The position numbers and the translations under genes were made by a program. DNA of 64,000 nucleotides from an uncultured virus (IMG/VR IMGVR_UViG_3300033072_000946) (taxonomy: Duplodnaviria > Heunggongvirae > Uroviricota > Caudoviricetes): IMG/VR virus record IMGVR_UViG_3300033072_000946; one strand, given 5' to 3'. The stretch's first letter is position 1. Every line of letters begins with the position of its first letter. The notes under the pieces were generated by a model. It saw nothing but the letters and a program-made list of their open reading frames with translations. It had not been told where the DNA came from and did not search any database. Of the stretch, positions 17,980 through 26,891 are shown piece after piece.

Positions 17980-18106
17980 TGTCAACCTCTAACAGTTCGG
18001 GCATGATCGTCGATAACTGTGTGACGTCAACTTGTCCACTTTTGCTAATTGACAGGGTTAAAATCTGGTGTAGAGTGACCCTCGATCACATTGGCTCAGG
18101 GCCGAC

Positions 18107-18439
18107 ATGGACAATTCGAACACGGCCCTTTGGCTCCGCTTCTTGGTGACCGAGGGCTATTGGATCACGCTGGCAGTGCTTGGTGGCACTGCTCGTTTGC
18201 TGGATGCCTATCTCCGTGCCGGAGTTTTTCCGGGATGGGGCCGCATTTTGGCAAATGGTCTGATTTCGGCTTTTGCCGGATTTATGGCAGCGCAACTTAT
18301 GATCCAATTGGACCCGAAATGGGCCCTTGTAGCCGCAGGCGCTGGTGGATATTTGGGGACGCGTGGCATCGACACTGTCGTAGAGGCGCTTCGAAAGCGT
18401 ATCGGACTCCCAGAGCAGCCCCCGAAAGACACCCCATGA
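18107..18439 (+). CDS. Phage holin (three TM segments)
   Basis: LAVLGG...ISAFAGFMA...AAGAGGYLG pattern. Confidence 0.75.
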   Translation: MDNSNTALWLRFLVTEGYWITLAVLGGTARLLDAYLRAGVFPGWGRILANGLISAFAGFMAAQLMIQLDPKWALVAAGAGGYLGTRGIDTVVEALRKRIGLPEQPPKDTP

Positions 18440-18741
18440 TCCAACTCCTTCTCGGCATGTGCCGCCCCTTCATCCAGGCTTTCAAACACTCTCGTGACAG
18501 CGCGCGCCGGAAGCTGGTGTTCCTGACTTTCACGACGGTCGCTTTCATCGTGCTGCTGTTCGGTGTGCTGACCGCTCCGCCGCCGACCGAGCGCGAGATC
18601 TTCTATCTGCTCATCAACTTCGTCGGCGTCAGCGTCTATCTGCTCGACGTCGCGATGACAAAGCTGTGGCGTTTGGTGGTGGAGATCAACAATGCCTTCA
18701 GTATCACGCGCCGTCCGGTCAGCGAGGTATACGAGGCATAA
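18436..18741 (+). CDS. Two-TM membrane protein
   Basis: Two hydrophobic segments; ATGA overlap with the holin. Confidence 0.65.
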   Translation: MIQLLLGMCRPFIQAFKHSRDSARRKLVFLTFTTVAFIVLLFGVLTAPPPTEREIFYLLINFVGVSVYLLDVAMTKLWRLVVEINNAFSITRRPVSEVYEA

Positions 18742-18742
18742 G

Positions 18743-19618
18743 ATGATCCCGCACCGCTTCCACAAGATGCCGACGTCGTGGGGCTATCAGCTTCAGAACG
18801 CGGACTCCGCGCACCTGAAGAATGTGCCTTACGACGTCATCGTTCTCGACATGGATGACTTCATGCACAGCAACGAGGGTGTTGCTGTATCAGCCATCCG
18901 GTTCAAGCCGGATGGAGAGCGAAGGGAGGTGATCTCGTATGTGTCCATCGGCGAAGCCGAGGACTATCGGTGGTACTGGGACATCATTCGCCAGGACCAC
19001 CCGCCGTCGTGGCTCTTGTCTCAGAACCCGGAGTGGAAGGGCAACTACGCAGTCGCCTTCTGGGATACGCACTGGCAGGCCTTTATCTTCAAGAGCGTGC
19101 TTCGCGCGATCGATCTCGGCTACGACGGTGTCTACCTCGACAAGTGCGACGTGATGCACGACATCCTCACGCGCCACCCGAACATCGGACGATCTCTCGA
19201 CGAGATGAAACGTTCGATGATCTCCTTCATCTGCAAGATCGCGAGCGTGGCGCGGAGGCGAGTGCCCGGCTTCCGCATCATCATGCAAAATGCGGAGGAT
19301 CTTCTCGACGTGCCGGAAGGCTCCAAGGATCTCCTGAGCGTGTTGTCCGGTGTCGCGAAGGAGGATCTTCTGATCGGCGCAGAAGAGACCGGTGTCCCCA
19401 ACAGTAAGGTCGACATCGAGTGGTCGCTGCGTCGGCTGAGCCTTGCCCGCGTCGCGGGCTTGCCCGTGTTCGTCGTCGAGTACACGGACTTCGACGGGGG
19501 AGAGCTGAGCGATCTCGTGCAAGACCTCTCCCTGATGGGCTTCATTCCCTACATCTCTCCGTCCGATCGCGCGCTCGATCGCATGCCGATCAACTACATC
19601 ACCGGAGGGAAGTTCTGA
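18743..19618 (+). CDS. Endo-alpha-1,4-polygalactosaminidase-like glycoside hydrolase (GH114/GH166, TM1410/PelA-like)
   Basis: WGYQLQ, YVSIGEAEDYRWYW, NPEWKGNY, GYDGVYLD, QNAEDL, GVAKEDL, VFVVEY. Confidence 0.88.
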   Translation: MIPHRFHKMPTSWGYQLQNADSAHLKNVPYDVIVLDMDDFMHSNEGVAVSAIRFKPDGERREVISYVSIGEAEDYRWYWDIIRQDHPPSWLLSQNPEWKGNYAVAFWDTHWQAFIFKSVLRAIDLGYDGVYLDKCDVMHDILTRHPNIGRSLDEMKRSMISFICKIASVARRRVPGFRIIMQNAEDLLDVPEGSKDLLSVLSGVAKEDLLIGAEETGVPNSKVDIEWSLRRLSLARVAGLPVFVVEYTDFDGGELSDLVQDLSLMGFIPYISPSDRALDRMPINYITGGKF

Positions 19619-19701
19619 TGACGCCGGAAGAATTCGACGCTGTGGTGACGGCGCTCGTGGCCTGTATCCTAGTCCTCATGGTTCTTCGAGCGACCTCATG
19701 A
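19618..19701 (+). CDS. Small membrane peptide
   Basis: MTPEEFDAVVTALVACILVLMVLRATS*; coupled on both sides. Confidence 0.5.
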   Translation: MTPEEFDAVVTALVACILVLMVLRATS

Positions 19702-20594
19702 CCTTCCAACCGATGCTCTCCGCGACCGTCACCGACGCCGGGCTCGACAAGCTCAAGTACCCGGTGTTGGTGAGCCCTAAGCTTGACGGCATCCGCGCCG
19801 TGAAGCGCGGGGGCGTGATCATGTCTCGCAAGCTCAAGCCGATCCGCAATGAGTTCGTCCAGGACGCGTTACGCGGGCTGCCGGACGGTCTCGATGGTGA
19901 GCTGATCGTCGGATCACCGACTGCTCCCGACGTATTCAAGCGCACGACCGAGGGCGTGATGAGCGCGGATGGTGAGCCCGACTTCTACTACTATGTCTTC
20001 GACTTCCTTCATCCCGACAAGCCGGATCTCCCGTTCTCGTTCCGCTATCACCATGTGTGTGGGGTCTCAGCGAAGTATCATTTCACACGCGTCGTCAAGG
20101 TCGAGCACCATCCGGCACAGAATGCCGACGAAGTTCGTGCGCTCGAAACGTGCTACGTCGCGGCGGGATACGAGGGGATCATGATCCGCGCGGTCGACGG
20201 TCCCTATAAGTTTGGGCGCTCGACGCTGAAGGAAGGGTATCTTCTCAAGCTGAAAAGGTGGGAAGACGCGGAGTATGAAGTCTATGGCTTCGTCGAGCAG
20301 ATGCACAACGAGAACGTGCTGGAGACGGACGAGCGCGGTTACGCGAAGCGCTCGAAGGCCAAGGTGGGTCTCGTTGGCGCGGGTAAAGTCGGCGCTGTCC
20401 TGGTCCGCTCCATCCTGCCCCACGGCCACGTCGCTGAAGTCGGCTCTGGGTTCATTGATGCCGAGCGCGTCGACATGTGGCAGAACCAGTCTGCCTACAT
20501 CGGACGAGTCATGACGGTGAAGTACCAGGGCTTCACACCGGACGGAAAGCTCCGCTTCCCTATCTTCAAAGGCTGGCGCGAGGTGGGCACATGA
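19698..20594 (+). CDS. ATP-dependent DNA ligase
   Basis: SPKLDGIR, LDGEL, YVFD, YEGIMIR, LLKLK, LRFPIF. Confidence 0.93.
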   Translation: MTFQPMLSATVTDAGLDKLKYPVLVSPKLDGIRAVKRGGVIMSRKLKPIRNEFVQDALRGLPDGLDGELIVGSPTAPDVFKRTTEGVMSADGEPDFYYYVFDFLHPDKPDLPFSFRYHHVCGVSAKYHFTRVVKVEHHPAQNADEVRALETCYVAAGYEGIMIRAVDGPYKFGRSTLKEGYLLKLKRWEDAEYEVYGFVEQMHNENVLETDERGYAKRSKAKVGLVGAGKVGAVLVRSILPHGHVAEVGSGFIDAERVDMWQNQSAYIGRVMTVKYQGFTPDGKLRFPIFKGWREVGT

Positions 20595-20797
20595 CCAAGC
20601 CTCTGAACCAGTTCACAGGCGTCAGAACGGCGAAGCTGGAGGCGCGGCTTCGTGCTCTGGAGAAGCGCGAACTGGCCCTTCGTAAGGCAATCAACGACGG
20701 CGAGGAACTCGGCGGCGGCTCTCCGTTTGAGGCTCTGTACGAAGAGATGGACGAGATCGAGACCGAGCTGCACAGACGCGAAGTCGAAATCTCTTAG
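20591..20797 (+). CDS. Small coiled-coil protein
   Basis: ATGA overlap; GAGG SD. Confidence 0.6.
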   Translation: MTKPLNQFTGVRTAKLEARLRALEKRELALRKAINDGEELGGGSPFEALYEEMDEIETELHRREVEIS

Positions 20798-21225
20798 TGA
20801 AGCCACATGTGTGTGGTCTTCGGCGGGAACGTCGGCGAGGAGATGACCCTGCGTTTATAGATCTCCCCGGGAATGATCTGCTCGATCTTGTCGCCGAGGC
20901 TCTGAAGCCACTGAGCAGTGTCCGATGCCATGTATCGCAGAACGTGCGGGTGTCCGATTTGATTGAGCGTGAGGAGGCTGACGAACGCCATCCGGACGCA
21001 GACGAAATCATAGGCGGCGAGGACGCGTTCCAGGTTGAGGCTGGCGTAGACCGAACGCAACACGGGTGTGTGGTCGTCTTCCAGATGGCATTTGCGGATC
21101 TCAGGCAGATGCGCGACCGCGTTCCCCCACAACTCCGCCAGCGTGACGCCGTCGAACTCGCTCTCCTGATCGTGCGTGACGATATTCTGGATATCCCGTA
21201 CGGAGGGCAGCGTGACTTGCGACAT
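20794..21225 (-). CDS. Hypothetical protein
   Basis: Coupled to the GH73 stop (TGATG). Confidence 0.6.
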   Translation of the reverse strand: MSQVTLPSVRDIQNIVTHDQESEFDGVTLAELWGNAVAHLPEIRKCHLEDDHTPVLRSVYASLNLERVLAAYDFVCVRMAFVSLLTLNQIGHPHVLRYMASDTAQWLQSLGDKIEQIIPGEIYKRRVISSPTFPPKTTHMWLH

Positions 21226-21683
21226 CAGAACAGCTCCTTGGTCCGCAACTCATAGACACCAAGGACTTTACGGACATAGTCCTGGTTTTGCTTCGGGGTG
21301 AGCCCGAGCCAAATTGGACCGACGAAATTGAAGAACGTGATGGGATCTTTCGCCCGATCGCGCCATCCGGAATAGGCGCTGATCATATCGTATCGCGCCC
21401 AATATCCCTCGATGAAGAAACCATCATCGGGAAACTTACAGTATCTCGTCTCACCGTCGTGAGCGGCGTAGGAAACCGGAGTAGCGTAGCGGTTCATCTG
21501 GGGCCGCCACTTCATTCCGGCGTAGTTTCTGTGAAGCTTGGCGAGGTCCGAAGATCCCCATCCACATTCAACAGCCCACTGCGCGAGACTGATGGCCTTC
21601 AGGTGAGGGAACTCGATCTCGCTCGCCTTGTAGATGCGCGTGAGTTCCACGAAGTTCGGACGCACAGTCAACGGCAGGGCCAT
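21225..21683 (-). CDS. Glucosaminidase-like peptidoglycan hydrolase (GH73-like)
   Basis: LAQWAVECGWGSS.LA...NYAGMK; canonical YATD motif absent. Confidence 0.72.
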   Translation of the reverse strand: MALPLTVRPNFVELTRIYKASEIEFPHLKAISLAQWAVECGWGSSDLAKLHRNYAGMKWRPQMNRYATPVSYAAHDGETRYCKFPDDGFFIEGYWARYDMISAYSGWRDRAKDPITFFNFVGPIWLGLTPKQNQDYVRKVLGVYELRTKELF

Positions 21684-21857
21684 GGGACGGGGTCCTGTTA
21701 AGAAGTGTTAACAAGGTTCTAACACCCCCGTGATGGTTAGTCAACCAGGATCACTCTGTTACCATTGGGTAACCACTAACGTAGCGCATTGTGGCGGCAC
21801 GCCACCGTTGTGGTATGGTGCATCACTCTCAAGCACACACCACAAGGACTCTCTCAT

Positions 21858-23930
21858 ATGCTTCACCAGCTCCCGCCCCGCGAGATCACCGCGTTCGGTG
21901 CTCAGCAGACCGTCACCTTCCAGATCAAGGCGTCGGGCAAAGCGTTCCGCATTTTGATCGATGGTCTGTACAGCGACAAGATCACCGCCGTCGTCCGCGA
22001 GCTGATCTCCAACGCCATCGACAGTCACACCGCTGCGGGCTGCTCCGACAAGCCGATCACGCTGCGCATCCCGACCGCCATGAACCCCACGTTCTCCGTG
22101 CGCGACTACGGCGTCGGCATGGCCCACGAGACGGTCATGGTCAACTATTCCACCCTCTTCGACTCGACGAAGGAAAACGACGACGCGCAGATCGGCAAGC
22201 TCGGCCTCGGCTCGAAGAGCCCCTTCGCCTACACGGACGCCTTCAATCTGCAGTGCTGGGACGGCGCTTCCGTCCGGCGCTACATGATCTACATCAACGA
22301 GGCGCACGTGCCGGTCATCGACTACGTCGGTTCCGAGGAGAGCGACGAGCCTCGCGGCGTCGAGGTCGCCCTGGCCGTCGAGCCGAGCGCCTTCTTCAAC
22401 TTCAAGGTGGCGGCGGAGAAGATCTCGATCGACCTGTCGGTCATGCCGGACTTCATCGGCGCCCCGGCGCCGGAGCCGCGTGAGCTGATCTCTGAGGGTG
22501 ACGGCTGGAAGCTGTTCAAGTCGTCGGGCTACGGCGTCTCCGTCTATGCTCGTCAGGGTCAGATCGTCTACGCCGTCGACATGGGACACTTCCGGCACAC
22601 CAAGGAGATCATCGATCTCCTGGGCCAGCGTTCGGCTGCCCTGGTGCTCGACTTCCCGCCCAACACGCTCGGCTTCACGGCGAGCCGCGAGCAGTTGGAG
22701 TACACCCCCGAGACGGTGACGGCGATCCAGGACAAGCTCCACCTGTTCGTCGATGCGGCGACGGCGCAGCACAAGGTGTTCCTGCGCTCGACCAAGAGCC
22801 GCTGGCAGTTGAACAGGACCATCAACGAGAAGGGCACGCTCTCGATCTTCCAGTACCTCCAGAACACGCTCGGCATCCGCCACTACGGCAAGACGTTCCT
22901 GCAGTCGCAGTTCTGGCTGCCGAAGGTGTCGATGGGCCAGGCGCAATACTACAACGTCGTGAAGCGCTATGACGTGGTGCAATATCCCACGTTCCGCAAG
23001 AATTCGTTGGTCACTCAGAGCGTCGGCTACAAGACGCGGATCTACCTCTACGACACGCGCAAGCCCGAGAAGAACGTCGTGGAGCGCGTCTACGAGGACA
23101 TGCTGCCGCGTGGCAAGGCGGATCGTTACAACGGGGGCTGCGTCATCATCCGCTACGCGAGCGACATCGAGAAGAAGCGCGTCCTGGTATCGCTCGGCCG
23201 TCCGCCGTTCGTCGACGTGGCGACGCTGCCGCCGGTCCAGAATATCACGAAGGACGGCACCAAGCGCGAGTACACCAACGGCGCCGTGCTCAAGGGTCAC
23301 CGGATTGAGCGCTGCAAGCTCGACCTGAATGCGGGCGGCTACTACATCACCAACGTCCGCGACGAGCCGATCATCAACGGCGTCAAGGGCGCCACCAGCT
23401 ACAACGGCCTGTCGCGCATGTGGGAGACGATCACGGAGTTCGCGGGCCTTCCGAAAGGCACGCCGCTCTACGTGTTCTCTCCGTCGCAGGCGATGAAGCT
23501 CGACGGGCGCGAGGGATGGGTCAGCTACGACAGCATGGTGGTGGGCCTCCACCGCCGGTTCGCCGACCGCGTGGCCGTCGCTTCCCGGCTCGCGTACGCC
23601 TCGATCCGCGTGAGCAACGGTGTCATCCAGGGCCTCGCGGACCGTGTTCTCCAACAGGGCGACAACGTGCACCCTGCTTTCGGCACTGCGCTGATCAAGA
23701 TCGCGGACGCGCAGCGTGAAGTCCGCTCTCTTCGGTCCGCTTTCGAGGGATACGGCAATCTGGCCCAGGTGTTCGCCACTTTCGGCTCCACCGTCACCGA
23801 GGACAAGGATTTGCGCCTACCGGTGATGCCGAAGCTGGAGGAAGCGGTCTACGCCGAATTCCCTCTGCTGCGCCACATTTCTTCGCATGCAGATACGGAC
23901 ATGATCGTCAACGAATACATCCTTCGCTAA
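21858..23930 (+). CDS. rIIA: rIIA-like protein (GHKL ATPase N-terminus)
   Basis: AFRILIDGLYSDKITAVVRELISNAIDSH, VRDYGVGM, STK, IGKLGLGSKSPFAYTD. Confidence 0.9.
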   Translation: MLHQLPPREITAFGAQQTVTFQIKASGKAFRILIDGLYSDKITAVVRELISNAIDSHTAAGCSDKPITLRIPTAMNPTFSVRDYGVGMAHETVMVNYSTLFDSTKENDDAQIGKLGLGSKSPFAYTDAFNLQCWDGASVRRYMIYINEAHVPVIDYVGSEESDEPRGVEVALAVEPSAFFNFKVAAEKISIDLSVMPDFIGAPAPEPRELISEGDGWKLFKSSGYGVSVYARQGQIVYAVDMGHFRHTKEIIDLLGQRSAALVLDFPPNTLGFTASREQLEYTPETVTAIQDKLHLFVDAATAQHKVFLRSTKSRWQLNRTINEKGTLSIFQYLQNTLGIRHYGKTFLQSQFWLPKVSMGQAQYYNVVKRYDVVQYPTFRKNSLVTQSVGYKTRIYLYDTRKPEKNVVERVYEDMLPRGKADRYNGGCVIIRYASDIEKKRVLVSLGRPPFVDVATLPPVQNITKDGTKREYTNGAVLKGHRIERCKLDLNAGGYYITNVRDEPIINGVKGATSYNGLSRMWETITEFAGLPKGTPLYVFSPSQAMKLDGREGWVSYDSMVVGLHRRFADRVAVASRLAYASIRVSNGVIQGLADRVLQQGDNVHPAFGTALIKIADAQREVRSLRSAFEGYGNLAQVFATFGSTVTEDKDLRLPVMPKLEEAVYAEFPLLRHISSHADTDMIVNEYILR

Positions 23931-24003
23931 CCCTGGAAACGTGACCGTTGTTGACGTTCTTCTCGAAATGGGTTATTCAGGACCACACAAGGAGCACATG
24001 ACT

Positions 24004-25092
24004 ATGTTTGCAACCTCAATCACGCCTCGATCGATCACGGTCGTCATGGGCAAGCTCACGCGGACCATCCGCGAGAGCCACCCCATGTGGCAGAACACCC
24101 GCGAGCTGCTCAAGGGTATGGCTCGCGATCAGCGGAAGGTCCCGAACGTCGAGGAGGAGAACAACCTCATCGAGTGGCTCGACTTCCCGCGCCACGTCAC
24201 CCGGATCACCAACGGCCTCGTCACGATCAACGAGCGCGACGGCGTCTTCTTCAAGGGCGAGCCCGTCCACGCCTATCTGGCGACCCGCGTCGTCCAGCAC
24301 CTCAACGAAGGTTTCGACATCGATCCGCTCTGCCGCTTCATCGAGCGCCTGGGGCTGAACCCGGACAAGGCTGTCCGGGACCAGCTCTTCCGGTGGCTCG
24401 AAGAGACCGACATGCCGGTCACGTCGGACGGCTACTTCCTGGCGTACAAGTACGTCGGCGCCGACATGAAGTCGTCTTACGATCGCACGACCCTTCACGA
24501 GATCGGCAAGCCGACCGAGATGAAGCGTGAGGACTGCGACCCCAATCCGGACAACCACTGTTCGCGCGGCCTGCACTTCGCCGGGTGGTCCTACGTGGCG
24601 GGCGGGGGCCCCGTGAAGCTCCTGCTCAAGATCGACCCGGTCGACGTCGTCTCGTGTCCGAAGGACTACCAGGGCAAGGGCCGAGCCTGCCGGTATACGC
24701 CGATCGCGATCGTCAACGACGACCAGTACACCGGCAAGTGCGCGGTCGACACGCGGCCTCTGGAGCCCGTGCTGTCTGAGCCGATCGAGATGCCGCACGC
24801 TGACGTGGTCCCCGACGAGGTCGTGGCTTCCGGCACAATCGAGTGCGACCCGCCCGAGGACGTCCTGCCGCAGGCGCAGCTCGACCCCGCCGAGGCGGAC
24901 AGGGTGCTGGAGGACATCGTCGGCAAGCCTGCCGAGAGGCCGACCAAGTTCGACTACAAGGGCAGGAAGATCCCGGTGAAGAAGATCGAGAACGCCGTCG
25001 AGAAGAAGGGCAGCATCAACGGCGCCGCCCGCTTCCTCGGCATCCCTCGCTCGACCCTCCAGGGCTGGTTCAAGAGGCTGAAAGGAGAGTAA
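24004..25092 (+). CDS. rIIB: rIIB-like protein with C-terminal HTH
   Basis: NP...QLFRWLE, DGYFLAYK, CSRGLH, IDPVDVVSCP; GAARFLGIPRSTLQGW. Confidence 0.9.
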   Translation: MFATSITPRSITVVMGKLTRTIRESHPMWQNTRELLKGMARDQRKVPNVEEENNLIEWLDFPRHVTRITNGLVTINERDGVFFKGEPVHAYLATRVVQHLNEGFDIDPLCRFIERLGLNPDKAVRDQLFRWLEETDMPVTSDGYFLAYKYVGADMKSSYDRTTLHEIGKPTEMKREDCDPNPDNHCSRGLHFAGWSYVAGGGPVKLLLKIDPVDVVSCPKDYQGKGRACRYTPIAIVNDDQYTGKCAVDTRPLEPVLSEPIEMPHADVVPDEVVASGTIECDPPEDVLPQAQLDPAEADRVLEDIVGKPAERPTKFDYKGRKIPVKKIENAVEKKGSINGAARFLGIPRSTLQGWFKRLKGE

Positions 25093-25098
25093 CGGAAT

Positions 25099-25215
25099 TC
25101 GACGCTCGGTGTGTGCTCCTAAGACGCGCGTCGAGGCGGTGAGGCGAACGAGAGACGCCAAAACCCGCCACGGAGAGACCGAGGCCCGCTTCCCCCCAGC
25201 CGCCTCGGTCTCTCC
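25099..25215 (+). ncRNA. Candidate three-hairpin structured RNA
   Basis: Stems TCGACGC/GCGTCGA, GGCGG..GGCG/CGCC..CCGCC and 14-bp GGAGAGACCGAGGC/GCCTCGGTCTCTCC. Confidence 0.4.
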
Positions 25216-25229
25216 ATTCCCTCTAGGTC

Positions 25230-26891
25230 ATGATGAAAATCACCTATGAGGGGGGCCGTTTCATTGCGCGTTTTCAGGGGAAAACGCCGCTCAGCCTCAA
25301 GGGCTTCATCCGACGCACTGCCGTCAACGGCTTCATTGCTGTCGACGACGGTGCGGTTCTGCGTCACCTGGACGCCTGTGATGAAACCGCTCGGACAGAG
25401 GCATTGGCGCGGGCGCAAGCTGCCGAGGACCGCATCGCGGACTCGTACGCGCTTGACGCCGACATCGATATCCCGAAGCCGCCCGGACTGAAATACGAAT
25501 ACCGAGGCTATCAGAAGGCCGGTATCGCCTACGCGCTGTCGCGCAAGGCCACGCTGATCGGCGACGCGATGCGCCTGGGTAAGACCGTCCAGGCGATCGG
25601 CGTCATGTCCTGCACGCCCGACCTGAAGAAGGTGCTGGTCATCTGCCCGGCGTCTGTGAAGACGCAGTGGGCCGCGATGATCAAGACGTGGTGCGTCCAT
25701 CAGGATCTCACCATCGGGATCGTCAGCGGCCAGGATCGCTCGTCCTACGCGGACATCACGATCATCAACTACGACATTTTGGTGAACCACCTCGACGAGA
25801 TCTATTCGCGTGAGTGGGATGTCCTCATTTGCGACGAGTCCCATTACCTGAGAAATCCGGACGCATCCCGAACCAAATGCGTCCTGGGGCCTAAAGGCAA
25901 AAAAGGACAGATTGAATACCAAAAGAAGTTCAAGCCGATCCGGGCGAAACGCATGTTGTTTCTCTCGGGAACGCAATACTACAAACGCCCGGTCGACCTC
26001 TGGCCGATCGTTCGCGTCTGCGATCCCGATGGTCTGGGCAAGGACTGGTACCATTTCGTGCGTCGCTACTGTGACGCCAAAAAAGGACCTTTTGGTATCG
26101 ACACCAGCGGCGCGTCAAATCTCGAAGAGCTTCAGCGCATCATGCGCGAGCGCTTCATGATCCGTCGTGAGAAGCATCAGGTTGCTGCGGAGCTTCCGCC
26201 GCAGCGCATGAATGTCGTGCTGCCGAAGAAAGGCCTGGAGAGGCTCATCAACGCCGAGAACGACGCCGCCAGCAGCGTGGCGGCGATGCGCGACCGCCTG
26301 GGCGAGTTCCTGACGCCGGAGTACCTGGAAGGCTTCATGGAGCGCTTCGGCATCAGCGCCGAAGAGGATGACGTCCTGAGCCAGATCGAGCAGGGGAACA
26401 ACCTCGCCACGATCCGCAAGGAATTGGCGATGGCAAAGCTCCCCATGGTGGCGTCGTGGCTCGAAGACTTCGCACAATCGGTCCCGAAAGCGATCGTCTT
26501 CGGATACCACCGCGAATTCGTCCAGGCGCTCCACGCGAAGTTCCCGGGATCAGTAATGATCATCGGGGCGACCTCGACCAAAGCGCGCGACGAAGCCAAA
26601 CGCCGCTTCATCGAGGACGAGGACTGCCAGTTCATTTTCGGGAACATCGTCGCCATGGGTCAGGGCATCGACTTGTCCGTGGCGGATGACGTGGTGTTCA
26701 CGGAGCTGAGCTGGATCGCGTCAGAGATGGATCAGGCAGAAGAGCGCGCGTGGTCCGTCGTGAAAACGAAACCCGTGTCCATCTGGAGGTTGCTGGTCGA
26801 AGACAGCCTCGACTTCCGGATGAGCGGTGTCCTGGAAAAGAACCAGCGCGACATCGCCCGTGCCATGAACATCGGACAATTGAAACAATGA
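25230..26891 (+). CDS. SNF2-family DNA helicase
   Basis: GDAMRLGKT, ICPASVK, DESH, LSGT, GQGIDL, QAEERA. Confidence 0.92.
   Translation: MMKITYEGGRFIARFQGKTPLSLKGFIRRTAVNGFIAVDDGAVLRHLDACDETARTEALARAQAAEDRIADSYALDADIDIPKPPGLKYEYRGYQKAGIAYALSRKATLIGDAMRLGKTVQAIGVMSCTPDLKKVLVICPASVKTQWAAMIKTWCVHQDLTIGIVSGQDRSSYADITIINYDILVNHLDEIYSREWDVLICDESHYLRNPDASRTKCVLGPKGKKGQIEYQKKFKPIRAKRMLFLSGTQYYKRPVDLWPIVRVCDPDGLGKDWYHFVRRYCDAKKGPFGIDTSGASNLEELQRIMRERFMIRREKHQVAAELPPQRMNVVLPKKGLERLINAENDAASSVAAMRDRLGEFLTPEYLEGFMERFGISAEEDDVLSQIEQGNNLATIRKELAMAKLPMVASWLEDFAQSVPKAIVFGYHREFVQALHAKFPGSVMIIGATSTKARDEAKRRFIEDEDCQFIFGNIVAMGQGIDLSVADDVVFTELSWIASEMDQAEERAWSVVKTKPVSIWRLLVEDSLDFRMSGVLEKNQRDIARAMNIGQLKQ

Noticed and set aside
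8572..18089. Reading the GTGA...TCAC sites as CRP or FNR boxes
   Set aside because: The spacer is consistently 7 bp between GTGA and TCAC, not 6 (CRP), and the sites do not fit TTGAT-N4-ATCAA.
21759..23672. 637-aa minus-strand ORF (also 34177-35955 -, 48864-51035 +, 24016-25161 -, 56709-57995 +, 62983-63960 +)
   Set aside because: Antisense shadows of well-supported genes, expected from GC-rich codon bias; no recognisable motifs.
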